A stretch of 64,000 nucleotides of DNA, from the NCBI RefSeq assembly GCF_009914755.1, contig NC_060940.1; one strand, written 5' to 3'. This document shows, in pieces, positions 30,360 through 47,470 of this stretch. This DNA comes from the human T2T-CHM13v2.0 reference genome, Homo sapiens. Positions within the stretch are counted from its first letter, which is position 1. Every line of letters starts with the position of its first letter. The notes under the pieces were generated by a model that ran no database searches, was not told the origin of the DNA, and worked only from the letters and a program-made list of their open reading frames with translations. Made by a program: the position numbers and the translations under genes.

Positions 30360-32290
30360 TTTTTTCCACATTTATTGAACTATGATTTACGTATTTAAAA
30401 GTGTATCTATTTAGGGTGTATAATAGAGTGCTTTGAGATGTGTATACATCTTTAAATTATCTCAATGAAGCTGGTTAACATATCTATCCCCTCACATAGT
30501 TACTTTATACATTTCAGTGTGTGTGGTGAAAGCATCTGAGATCTACTTTAGTAATAAATTTCAACTACACATTATTATTAACTACAGTCACCATTCTGCA
30601 CATTAGGTCCCCGGCAGTTTTTCATTATATAACTGAAGGTATGCACCCTTTGATGGATATCTCCCCAGTTTTCCCCACTTCCTAGCCCATGGTAACTACC
30701 CTTGTTCTCTGTTTTTTTCTTTTTTTAAATATTCCACATACAAATGAGATCATGCAGTATTTGTCTTTCTGTATTTCATTTATGTCACTTAGCACAATGT
30801 CTTCAGGTATATCAATATTGTTGTAAATGAAAGAATTTCATTCCTTATTAAGGCTGAAATTCTCTTACAGTTTATCCATTTATTTGTATCAGAGAAGTGC
30901 AGATACCCTTGGCTATGCTTATTTTATGTCCATTGGCAATATACTCCAAATTGAGATTAATGGTACTTCTAGTTTAAAAATTTTAAGGAAACTCCATACT
31001 GTTTTTTTCTTTCTTTTTTTTTTTGTATAATGGCTGCACCAATGAATATGCTCAGCAACTGTGTGCAAATATTCTCCTTTCTGTGCACCCTAACACTTTG
31101 TTCTTTTGACTTTTTGATAATAGCTCTCCTAACACAATGATAAGATGATATCTCATTGTAATTTTGATTTTAATTACTCCGAGAATTAGTGATGTTGAGA
31201 TTTTTATATATACTTTTTATATACTTGCTGGCCATTTCTATGTCTTTGGAAAAAATTGATATTTTGCCCAATTAATCAAGGAAATGGATTTTTTGTTCTG
31301 CTGGTTTTTTTGTATTGATTAGTATTATATATTTTTTGAATAGTAACTTATTATCCTAATATGGTTTACAAATATTTTCTCCCATCCCATATATTGTCTT
31401 TGTATTTTGTTGATTTTTTCTTTTACCATGCAGTAACTTCTTGCTTTGATATAGTATCACTTTTTTATTTTTGCTTTTGTTGCTTGTGTTCTTTGTGTAG
31501 AATCCAAAACATCATTGCCATGACCAGTGTCAAGGAGCTTTTTCTCTATTTTTTTAGAGGATTCATAATTTCAGTTCTTATGTTTAAGTATTTAATTTAT
31601 TTTAAGCTCATTTTTTCTAATTATATAAGAGAAGGGTTCACTTTTTGTGTGCGCATATCTAGTTTTTTCTACACCATTTCTTGATGTGTCTATCTTCTCC
31701 TAATTCTGTGGGATCAGTTGATTGTATACGCGTGCATTTATTTCTGGGTCCTCTATTCTGTTCCACTGGTTCTCATGTAGATACTACACTATTTTATTTT
31801 AATGACTATAGCTTTGTAATATAGTTTGAAATCAGGAAGTTTGAGGCTTTCAGCCTTTTTGTTCTCAGTATTTGGCTATTTGGCGTCTTTTGTGGCTCCA
31901 TACTAATTTTACAATTGTTTGTTCTACATTTATTTTAATGGCATTAAAATTTTGATAGAAATTTCTTTAACTCTGTAGATGACTTTGTGCACTATAGATT
32001 TTTAACAATATTATTTTTTAGAATCCATGAACACAGGATATAGTTCTCATTTTGTATTCTTCAATTTCTTTCATCAACATTTTATAGTTTTCAGTATGCA
32101 GATCTTTAATTTTCTTGGTTAAACTCATTCTATTTAATGAACTAAGTATTTCATTCTATTTGATAATATTGTAAACGGAATTGTTTTCTTCCTTTTTCAG
32201 GTATTTTGTTGTTACTGTATCAAAATACAACTGATTTTCATGTTAATATTGTATGCTGCAATTTTACTGTACTAGTTTGTTAGCTCTAAC
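30360..32290 (-). mobile_element. Old L1 (L1M-type) 3' fragment
   Basis: T-rich antisense L1 motifs such as 'tatagctttgtaatatagtttgaaatcagg' and 'attccacatacaaatgagatcatgcagtatttgtctttctgt'. Confidence 0.8.
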
Positions 32291-32458
32291 AGGGTTTCCT
32301 TAGTGGTGGTGGTAAAATGATGGGTATTCTTAACCCTGGTTACACTTCAAATTGATAGTTGCTATTATCATTTCGTAATTCTTTAAAATCTGACCAGAAG
32401 GGTTTATGCTGACATGAATTCAGTGGAATTCAAATGTTCCCATTTGAAATAATTTTGT

Positions 32459-33516
32459 CGGTTTTGCCTGGGCCCCGGGATGGAAGGCACCTTGTGGGAG
32501 CCCAGAGATTCAGGATGGGGAGAGAGAAGCGGTCAGGGAGGAGGTTGATCAAGAGAAGCACAGAGGGTCTCCGGGAACAGTAGGGAGGAAAGAGTGTCCT
32601 GTTGGAAACCCAGTGGAAAGAGAGAATGAGTCGGAAAAGGGGTGAAGGGTGGGAGTGGGCAACAGGACTGCTTCCCGGCCTGGGCAGGGGCCCAGTGTGG
32701 GCAGGGTGGGAGGGAGTGGAGAGGACCAGGCGGACCCCAAGGTCAATTTGGAGAAAGGGACATCTCCCTGTTTCTTCGCCTCTGCCTGGCCTTCTGCGGC
32801 CATGGGCCCCAGGGGCAGGAAAGGGGAGGAGGCGGCTCCCCGCGGGCTCGGAAAGCTGAGGGGTGCATACCCGCTTCGCAGGGCCTGGGTGACAGCGGAA
32901 GGAAGCGAGGGCTGTGGATCCCGCTAGCCCCGGGGGTGGGCAAGAGGGGCTCAGGCAGGGCCGAGCTCATGGGGCCCAGCGCCAGGGCCTGCAGGTGACC
33001 CTGGAGGAATCCACCCGCCTGTGCAGTGGCCTTCTGGGAGACCAGTGTGTACGGCACCATGGACACGGCCTTCCCAGCTGGAACATTTGTGAGGCTGTAA
33101 TTTAAGCTCAGGCATACAAGCGGCCAGAAGGTGGACTGGATGCAATCTGAGCGCAAAGTCCAACCTAGCGGGAGTAAGCGGAAATGCCTGGCCTGCGTCA
33201 AACTGGGCTCTTAGGATAAGGCTCTAGGCTAGATGGCCACTGCCTTATAGAGACTCAGGCTCGGCGGGAGCCTGAGGAGCACCAGGGACCCAGTGCAGCA
33301 GGGCGCAGTGGGCAGCGACAGCCCCACAGCTACTGCTACCCTGCACAGTTCACCTTCTCCAAGGCCCGGCCCCCACCTGAGCCCAGCACTGAATTGCATG
33401 GCGCCTCCTGGACCACTGCCGGGTGTGACCAGCGGAAGACCCCACCTCCCAGGGAGAGGACCCCACTATATCCCCAGCTAATAAACCGCTCCCCCCACCA
33501 AAAATAAATAAATACA
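32459..33516 (+). pseudogene. RARRES2: RARRES2 (chemerin) processed pseudogene with 5' extension, poly(A) signal and TSD
   Basis: From ~32903: GLWIPLA...AELMG.QRQGLQVTLEE...DTAFPAGTFVRL*FKL...KRKCLACVKLGS*DK...QFTFSKA, intronless. AATAAA at 33480, A-rich tail, TSD aaataattttgt at 32447-32458 and 33517-33528. Confidence 0.93.
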
Positions 33517-33878
33517 AAATAATTTTGTTTGGTGTTTGAAAATAATGTGTATTCTCTGTTTACTGGTCAACATGCTGCCCATTTATATATATGCCTAATT
33601 AGTCAAACTTTTTAATGAAATTATTTAACATTATGACCCTTTATTATGAAACAAAACAGTAAATTTTATAATGGCTTTAATATCATCTAATATGATTAAA
33701 ATATGTCAATTTGTCATTGCCAGTGAATCTTCCTGTTATTTATTTTACACTGCTAAATATTCTGTCTACAAATGTCTAATGGCTTAGAATCTTTCCTTGC
33801 ATATTCTCTGTGATAAGTACTAACTACTCTAATTCATCAAATTATCTCTTTATACCATTCTTAAAATACAATATTATT

Positions 33879-34032
33879 GTCCGGGCATGGTGGCTCAGCT
33901 ACTCAGGAGGCTGAGGCAGGAGAATTGCTTGAACCTGGTAACCAGAGGTTGCAGTGAGCCGAAATCACACCACTGTACTCCAGCCTGAGAAACAAAGCGA
34001 GACTTTGGCTCAAAAAAAAAAAAAAAAAAAAG

Positions 34033-34067
<35 letters not shown>
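33879..34067 (+). mobile_element. Alu right monomer with poly(A) and (TA)n; absent from the paralog near position 250
   Basis: 'ccgggcatggtggctcagctactcaggaggctgaggcagg...' then an A run and (TA)n. Confidence 0.88.
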
Positions 34068-34070
<3 letters not shown>

Positions 34071-34209
34071 GTAAGAGAATTAAGAGACTTCTATATATAT
34101 GTATACTTTATTTATTTTGTATAATTATTTTTCTGCCTAAATACTAATGAAAATTATGAGATCTATTCACTCTGCCCTCTTGATAACAGTCAGTTTTTTT
34201 TTCTCTTTA

Positions 34210-36175
34210 TTAATTACAAATGCAGTTTCATTACATGGATATGTTGCATAGTGGTGAAGTAGGGTCTTTCGGTGTAACAATCATCTGAACAGTGCTCATT
34301 GTCCCAATGAGGTATTTTGTCATTCCTAAACCCTCTACCAATCTTTCATCTTTCTGAGTCTCCAGTGTTTATTTTTCCAGTCTCTATATCCAAGTGTATG
34401 CATTTTTGAGCTCCCACATATAAGTGAGAAAATTTAGTATTTTTTTCTGTTTCTGTGTTATTTCACTTACAGTAATGGCCTCCAGTTCCATTCATGTTGC
34501 TGCAAAAGACATGATTTTATTTTTCTTTATGGCTGAGTAGTATTCCATGGTATAAATGTATAGCAAATTTTCTTTATTCAATCATTGATTGATAAATTTA
34601 AATTGACTCCCTATCTTTGCTATTGTGAATAGTGCTGTAATAAATATATGGGTGTGGCTATCTTCTTTATGTAATGATTTATTTTCCTTTGGGTAGATAC
34701 CCAGTAGTGAGAATGCTGGATCAAATGGAAGTTCTATTTTTAGTTTTTTGAGAAATCTCCATACTGTTTTCCATAGAGTTTGTAGAAATTTACATTCTCA
34801 CACACAATGTATAAGTATTCTCTTTTCTCTGTATCCTTGCCAGTATATGTCATTTTTCTGCTTTTTAAATAATTAGCCATTATGAATGATGTAAAATGGT
34901 TTTTAATTGGCATTTCTCTGATCATTGGCAATGTTGAGCATTTTTTACATGCTTATTGGCTATTGTTGTCTTCTTTTTGAAAAATATATGTTCCCATTAT
35001 TTGACTGCTTTTTAATGAGGTTACTTGTTTTATTCTTGTTGAGATGTTTGATTTCCTTGTATATTCTGGACATTAGTTCTTTGTTACATGCATAGTTCGC
35101 AAATATTTTTCATATTCCATAGGTTGTCTGGTCACCTGTTAAATAAAGCTTCTTTTCAGGAGCTTTTTAGTTTAATTAAATCACTGTGGGGAAGGGGCTG
35201 CCTCCTTCCTCTTTCATGGGCCCATTGGTCTATGTTTCCATTTATATATTTTTGTTATTGTTGCATCTGCTTTTGAGATCTTAGTCATGAATTATTTGTT
35301 CATGCCAATGTCCAGCTGAGTTTATCATAGGGTTTCTTCTAAAATTGTTATCATTTCAGGTCTTACATTTTAGTCTTCTAATCCATATTGAGTTGATTTT
35401 TGTATATGGTGAGGGTTAGGGATTCCATTTCATGCTTCTGCATATACTAATATAATTTTTCTAGCACAATATGTTGATTAGAATGTCATTTTCCCATGTA
35501 TGTTTTTGTTGACTTTGTAAGAGATCAGTTGTGTGTAGGTATGTGGCTTTATTTCTAGGTTCTCTATTCTGTTCCATTGATCTATGTATCTATTTATATC
35601 AGTACCATGCTGTTTTGGTTATTAAAGCCTTCCAGTATAATTCTGAGTCAGGTAATGTATGTTGTCTTTGCTTAAATTTGCTTTGGCTATTTAGGCTTTT
35701 CTATGGTTCCATATGAATTTAAATTTTGTTCCAATTCTATAAAAACAATTGGCATTTTGGTAGGAATTACATTTAATATGTAGATTGTTTGAGGCACTAT
35801 GGTCATTTTAATGATAATAATTCTTCCAGTCCATGAGCACGGATGTTTTTCTCATTGTCTGTGTCTTATACAATTTATTTCATCAGTGTTTTGTAGTTTT
35901 CCTTATAGAGATCTTTCGCCTATTTGATTAATTGTATTTCTAGGTATTTCAACCTTTTTTGTAGCTATTGTAAAAGGAAATTGACTTTTTAATTAGGTTC
36001 TCAGCTTGATAATTATTAGTATATAAAAATACTACTAATTTTTGTGCATTGATTTTCATGTCCTGCAACATTATTAAATTCATTTAACAAATCTAAAAGT
36101 TTTTGGTGATCTTTAGATTTTTCTGTATATAATATTATGTAATCATCAAAAAGGGACAATTTGACTTCCTAATTT
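34210..36175 (-). mobile_element. Old L1 (L1MA/PB-type) 3' fragment
   Basis: 'tccagttccattcatgttgctgcaaaagacatgatttt', 'gggtagatacccagtagtg', 'agggacaatttgacttcct'. Confidence 0.85.
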
Positions 36176-36402
36176 AAACCATATGGATGGTCCCACCAAG
36201 ATCAACAGACAGTATCTGTGGGGAGGGCACAGGTGATGGTATGTCTTTAAAGTGGTCATGTGACTACGGTTGGAAGCCTAAGCTGACAGCCACTTAGAGA
36301 AGCATTGCCTGTGCAGTTTCAATGTACATACAAATCATTTCTGATTCTAGGCCTCTCTCTTAGTGATGTGATTCTGCAGGTTTGGAAGGGGTCCATGAAT
36401 TG

Positions 36403-40791
<4,389 letters not shown>

Positions 40792-41930
40792 TTAGGATAG
40801 GCCATTCTGGACATGTAGAATTAGTTCCTTTTATATTTATGAGTTTTCTGCCAAGCTGTATTTATTACTCTAAAAATAATGCCAAAATACATTTTATTTT
40901 ATTGTGTGGAGTTTAAATGGATACACTAAATAATGGAATAAGATTAACTAAATGAGCATCAGTGCCAATTTTTTTCACTTTTTAAAAAAATCTATTTTAG
41001 CAAAGTTTTTATTTTTACTGTAAAATTTCACTTGATTAAATCTACTCCTAAATATTTCTTTCTTTTTCATATATACACGAATGGAATTGTTTTCTTAATT
41101 TTATTTTCAGGTTGATCATTGCTAGTACATAAAAGTACAATTGAACTTTGTATATTGATTTTGTATCTTGTTACCTTGCTCAACTCATTTATTGGTTGTA
41201 GTGGGTTTTAATGAATTTCTTATAAACTTTTATATTCATGTTATGTCATCTGCAATGATAGAGAATTCTAACCTCTTATTTTCCCACATGGATAATTTTA
41301 TTTTTCTTATGTAATTTCTTTGGATGTTAATATTTTTGTCTTGTTTTCAAATGTCAAGACACAACCATTATTTTATTATTATGGGGTTAGCCATAAGTTT
41401 TTCACTGATGCCCTTTAGCAGATCTAGGAAATGTGCTTGTACTCCTCCTTTCCAGGGTGATTAATTGTGAATGAATATTGGATTGGTCAAATGTTCTTTG
41501 TGGCTGTTGAAGGGATGTTTCTGTTACTTTCCTTTATCCTATCACTTTGTTTAATGCATTGATTATTGGATTGGTCAACATTGCATTTGTGAAATAGTTC
41601 CATTTGGTCATGAAGTAGCTGGGACCACAGACATGCACGACAATGCCTGGCTAATTTTTTTCATTTTATTGTACGACATACATACCCTTCCCAGTGTGTA
41701 TGTTGTACACGCTGCTCTTGAACTCCTGGCCACATACATATAATTTATAAATAAAAATAATGTTATATACAAGGTTAAATGCAAATGTCCTACAGTGAGG
41801 GCCAGGCTTCAGAATAAGGAGGAAGGCCTGCCTGAAAAGGGCTGCAGCTTGGAACTTTTCACCCCAAAGAGGTGGGGCCTGGAGCTCTATTATCCAATCA
41901 CTGGTGCTGGGGTAAAAACTTTCTTAAAAC

Positions 41931-42222
41931 TTTTTTTTTTTTGAGACAGAGTCTCGTTCTGTCGCCCAGGCTGGAATGCAGTGGCGCGATCTTGGCTCAC
42001 TGCAAGCTCTGCCACCCAGGTTCATGCCATTCTCCTGCCTCAGCCTCCTGAGTAGCTGGGACTACAGGCGCCTGCCACCACACCCGCCTAATTTTTTGTA
42101 TTTTTTAGTAGAGACGAGGTTTCACCATGCTGGCCAGGATGGTCTCCATCTCCTGATCTCATGATCCTCTGCTTCGGCCTCCCAAAGTGCTGGGATTACA
42201 GGCGTGAGCCACCGCGCCTGGC
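41931..42222 (-). mobile_element. Alu (AluY/Sc-like) with TSD cttaaaact
   Basis: 'tgcaagctctgccacccaggttcatgccattctcc', with cttaaaact on both sides. Confidence 0.93.
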
Positions 42223-43109
42223 ACTTAAAACTATTATTTTAATGCTTAGCAATGTTAATTTTTAGTGAGAAACTTAAGATTACTTAATTTAACATAACAA
42301 GATTTTAAGATTTTAAATTACTGAAAAAAAATTAAAATTATAACACAGGTACTTCTAATGTTTTTTGTGGCGGGGGGTTCAAGTACCTTTGTTATATATT
42401 GAAACCTACTGTTTCTGTAAGCTCTACTCTTAAGTCAAAACAACCTTGAATTTATTGTGAACAAGTACTTAGAATAAATCCAAACCTTAGGCAAATTCAT
42501 ATAGTGATTTCAATTGTCCTTCACATCCCTTTCCTGGGATAAGTGTCTGGGTTTTGGGGGGAGGGTTGGTAACAGTGCGGGGATCCACCATCTTCATCCA
42601 TCTGATACATAGCTTCTATTCATAAGTCCCTCTTAAATATTTTCTCCTAAGAAACTTGATTTGTCAGCCTCTTCAACCTCTCAACTCTTTTGGCCTTTAA
42701 AGGTAGGTTTACATTTACCTACTTACAACAAAACAACGTAATATATATGGTCTGTCCATTTCTAGAACATTGTTTTGTGTTTCATGACTGTAATGTGTAG
42801 CACAAAGTACAGTTTTCTGCATGAATAGTATATTTTATATAGCTACTTTCTATTACACATCACTAAAACAGAAGTTCAGTAAGTGCTCACTTAATGTCAT
42901 TGATAGGTTTTTGGAAACTGATTTTAAGTGAAATAAAAAACTATATATCATAGGAAAGTAACTCTTGTTTATGTCATTAGCCAATGGTAAGTTTGGTTTC
43001 ATTTATATAGTAATAAAAAGTCACAGTTTCCAAGAATCTATCAACAAAGTGAGAACATACTGTAATTAGTATTATAGTAAATAACACATTACAGCATTAC
43101 ACTATTAGA

Positions 43110-44345
43110 ATATGTTACTGCAGTCTTAGCAGTTGGTGGTATAATGTGTTTCAGTTTCCCCCAAGATCACAGAATTATTCAGACCAATCAATAACAACAT
43201 CCTGTAGAAACCAGGAGCATCTCACCCTCTTGATACTACAAAGCCTTTCCCGACACCTCCTGTTTCTTCTCTCTGCTCCCAAGTGCAATCCCTGTGTGGA
43301 TGTGTTTACCTTACATACTTTCCTCCTTCCATGATTATATGTAATGAATAACTGCTGTCAGTCTCATCTGTCCAATGATTGATGCCATGGTTTTAATTGT
43401 TCCAGTAGCCCTAGAGTGGTAATTTCTCCCTCGCCAATGGGGTAAAGGAGAGGCTAATCAAACAATTCACAACACTAACTGGATTAACCACCCATGACTG
43501 AGGACATCTGCTCAACTTTAACTGCTTTTGGCCTACTGGTTTCACGATACATTAAAAGTCACCTCAGTCAGAACCACCAGTTGCTGTTGGGCTTTTGCTT
43601 TGGTCTAAATAGAAGTTTGTGGCCTTTATCATGAGTTGCCTTCCCTACCCACACTTAAGCACACTCATCACCTAGACATAAATGGTCAATTGACTGTGCT
43701 CCAGCATGATGGGTCATCATGTTTAGCCTGTGTTTGGCAGGCAGTTTGCAAGACACTTGCCTGCCAAGGCAGTGAAAACACAGCACCTTAATCAGTCTGC
43801 AGTTCAGTCCTGATTACAAAGAGTCTGGCTATAAACCTGTGGTCACTTTATCTGATATGGTTATCATTACTAAATGTGTGGGTAGTCATCTGAACATTAT
43901 TTATTATTCCACACTCTCAGGGTAGGCCCAGGGATGGTCTTTTGTAAAACTGCAGAAACAAAAGGGACTTTTACTTTGGAGAGAATTATGCATGTCACTC
44001 AGTTGCCCTAACAAGTGCTACTGTCACGCAAGCAAGAACAGTGGCCTTGTCTTTTCTGAGCTGCTGCTTCCTTTGCTGCTGTCACATGCATTCTCATGAT
44101 GAGGTGCACCTTCCTTGTGACTTATGGTTTAGGCACTGATGAGTAATAAAAAGGAAAAAGAGCATTTGATATTAGTCCCTCCCAAAACATGTGGGTAATT
44201 CTCTCACTGTAAAACCCCTACTCATCGTGTGGGCTTTTAGCACTGCTGCTTACCAGTATGCCAAAGGTGCAATCTTAGGATCAGAAGTTTGATGGACTCA
44301 AGCAAAATGACCATAGTGCATATGGGTGCCAATCCCAGTGAGATT
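43110..44345. mobile_element. Degenerate ERVL-type LTR and internal remnants
   Basis: LTR-like end '...ggggtaaaggagaggctaatcaaaca' followed by weak retroviral-like sequence. Confidence 0.35.
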
Positions 44346-44379
44346 GAGTGGCAGTATACACCTTCATCTGAAGAGAAGA

Positions 44380-45465
44380 CAGATCACAAAAAAAACAAAT
44401 AATGATATAACTCAAGAAACTAGAAGAGAAAGAAATTATCCCAAAGTTACCAGGTGATGAAATTAATAATAAAAAAATTAGAGCAGAAATAAATATAATG
44501 GAGACTAGAAAAACAACAGAAAATGTAGAAAAAAAGTAAGAGATTTTTGGAATCACAAAACTGACATATATTTAGCTAGACTAAGAAAAAAATGCTCAAA
44601 TAAATAAAATCAGAATAAAAGGGAAGACAATACAACTGGTAAAACAGAAATACAAAAGGTTATAAGACTACTATGTACATACACTCCTATGTACAATTAT
44701 ATCCCAACAAATTGGATAAAGTAGAAGACATGAATAAATTTCTAGACATGTACAACCTACCAAGACTGAACCATAAAAAATAGAAAGTATGAATAGATCA
44801 GTAATGAGTAAGAAGTTTAGATCTGATTGCTGCTGAATTTTACCAAACATTTAAAAAGAATCAAATCTTTGAAAAAATTGAAGAAAAAGGAATACTGCCA
44901 AACTCATTTTATGAAGCCAGCATTACCCTGATACCAAAGCCAGAGACGGACATTAAAAGAAAAAAAATTAAAGGCCAATATCCCCAATGAACATAGATGC
45001 AAAATCATCCACAAAGACGCAAATGAAATTCAAAAGCACTTTAAAAGCATCATGTATTATGATCAAGTTGGATTTATTCCTGGGATGTAAGAATATTTTA
45101 GTATGTGGAAATTAATAAATGCCATACACTTTATTTATACAATAAAAAGATTAAAAATCATGACATTTTTATGCATGCCTAAAATTATTTTGACAAAATT
45201 TAAAATCCATTTCTAATAAAATGTATAAGGAATTAGGTATACAGAAAGAATATACCTCATGATAAAGAAATACATTCTTTATTAACTATAGGACAAGCCC
45301 ATAGCTAACACTATAGAAAATGGTGAAATGTTGGAATCTTTTTTTCTAAGATTTATTTTAAGATAAAGATGCCCACTCTCACTACTTCTTTCAACACAGT
45401 ACTGGAAATCCTACTCAGAACATTAGAAAAGAGAAAAAAAGGAAGGGCATTTAAATGAGAAAGAA
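44380..45465 (+). mobile_element. Old L1 ORF2 fragment
   Basis: 'aactcattttatgaagccagcattaccctgataccaaagccaga' and 'gatgcccactctcactacttctttcaacacagtactggaa'. Confidence 0.88.
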
Positions 45466-46711
45466 CAAGATCTTATTTTCATGGAGATTAACACTCAGAT
45501 TTTTTACAGATTAGATTTAACAGCATGAAAGCTGGTACCATGCAGGAATCAAAGGAACTGTCCCTGAAGACACAGGACTTTAGGGCGTCAATTATTAAGG
45601 GGCTACATGAAAGCAGAAATGCTCCTGGGTGTTTCCACTGTTTAGACATAAATTTCAACAGATCAGCCCCAGCAAGTAAAGGCACATCCCTGACTGCTGT
45701 GGATGATGAGCTTTTCACGCAAAGCAGAGATGTGAAACCTGACAGGTATGAAAGACTCCCCCACACAAGTGCTCCATACGTTGAAAGTTACTCCCACAAA
45801 TCTATTCCTGAGGGATCAGGTCATCATCTGTGTGTTTGAGACAGTGGCCAGTTAGGCTTCAGTCGACATGAGGCCAGTGATTTTAAGTGTAAAATGCCTA
45901 AACCATCAAAAATTTTAGGTAGGTATTTGGGGGCCTGCTCACTTAAATGGGTTGGTGAAATGTCACACCAGACACATGACTGGGAATTGGGGTTTTCTCC
46001 TCTGCTCTTAGCAGCACCTTGGTAACCAAATAATTACCCTCCCTCATGCCTCCACGTCCACATCTGCAAAAAAGGCACTGGTGAGGGTGACAATTGGGCG
46101 AAGCCCCAGCCCATGGTCTCTCCCTGCAAAGCTCTGAACTTGTGCATCCCCAGGCCAGGCGGTAGGTGTCTTTCAAAGGCAGCTGAACCTGCGCTCTGCT
46201 TGGAGATAGCGGAGGGCAGCAGCACAGTGGACAGCGTCTGGGACCTCAGGCTAGTTCCCATAGCCACTTAAGAAAGCTGGCGGCTCCAGGGGCTGGAGGA
46301 GGCGCGATGCTGTGGAAAGACCCTGGGTGCCGGTAGGATAGAAAGTCGAGCTGAGTAGACGGAAGGCGGGTGAGTGAGGACCAGACACTCCTGATTTGGG
46401 CAAATGCGGGGTGCACTTCACAGCAACACACCCTCCTCACTGCCCAACCCAGACCTGCCCCTCAAGTTCCTCTCCTGACTCAGTCCCCTTGGCGACGGTT
46501 TGGCATGGAATCAATGGCCAGCAAAGCTTTGCAAGTGAAGCCGCTTACACCACCCTGCCCCTCCCTCTAGGGATGCGCCCCCGCGTCCTCTCCTGTCTCA
46601 ATCTGTGTTGTCATCCTGCAGCTCCGCCATCCACCGTTGGGAACCAGTGAAGAGACTGCAACTCCTAGCATGTCCCGCGAGGCGGGCACCGCCCTGCCCC
46701 TCCCCAGAGCT

Positions 46712-47064
46712 ACGCGCTCCCCCAGCCCGGAGCAGGCCGACATTGCAGACCCTCTGCCCTGCAACCAATCTGCGAGGAGCGGACCAGACACTGTAACTAA
46801 TGCAATGCCTTAAGACTATTCTGCTCCCTGCCCAGCCCTTCCATGCAGCCGAGCCCTTTGGCCATGGGGAGGGAAGCCTTGCTGTTCCCAAATCTCTCCC
46901 GCCTGGGGAGACAGTGCAACTATGTCTGCTAGTTTTACCTTGCAATTGTGGCACCCCGTCTCCCGGAGAAGCGGGCTTCGGGCTTGTCCTGTTCGAAGTT
47001 TGATTTCTCGCAGACCAACATAGGGCGTGTGGCCTCTCAAGGCCTCCGCGGCACGGTTGCCATG
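46712..47064 (+). pseudogene. TP53TG3: TP53TG3-like pseudogene, exon 1
   Basis: RPSALQP..SGPDT..SAPCPA..PCCSQISPA..ETVQLCLLVLPCNCGTPSPGEAGF..CPVRSLI..WPLKASAA vs TP53TG3 RPSALRPTAGSGPDT..SAPCPA..PCCFQISPAEETLELGRLVSPGNCDTLSPRAAGF..CHVRSLI..WPLTASAA. Start appears as ACG; frameshifts present; donor gtaacg follows. Confidence 0.82.
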
Positions 47065-47159
47065 GTAACGCTCCTCGGCCGGATTGGGCACGCCCCGCCC
47101 CTTTTCTCGTCCCGCCAGTCCACTCAGCCCCGCCCCTTCCCGCTCATTCCTCCCCTTGC

Positions 47160-47470
47160 CACGCCCTTGCAGACATGCGCAATGCAGCCCGTCCCTATGG
47201 GTGGGATCCCTATGGGGCGGTCCCGCCCTTTCATACATGCGCAATGCCCCCGTCCGTTGGGGTAGGGTCAAGAGCCTGTTCTTTCAGACATGCGTTGTGC
47301 AGCCCGTCCCTAGGGGTGGGGTAACGGGCTTGCCCTTTCAGACATGCGCAGTGCACCCGTCCCTAGGGGTAGGGTAATGGGACTGCCCATTCAGACATGC
47401 GCAGTGGCAGCGCGTCGCTAGGAATGGGCTACCAGGCCTATCATTTCACACATGCGCAGTGCACCCCTCC
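47160..47470. repeat. Six diverged ~54 bp tandem units centred on (a/g)acatgcgca
   Basis: Cores at 47171, 47233, 47286, 47340, 47393 and 47448. Confidence 0.85.

Noticed and set aside
47056-47069. RFX X-box palindrome gttgccatggtaac
   Set aside because: Good motif match, but it coincides with the TP53TG3-like splice donor and a single motif is not sufficient evidence.
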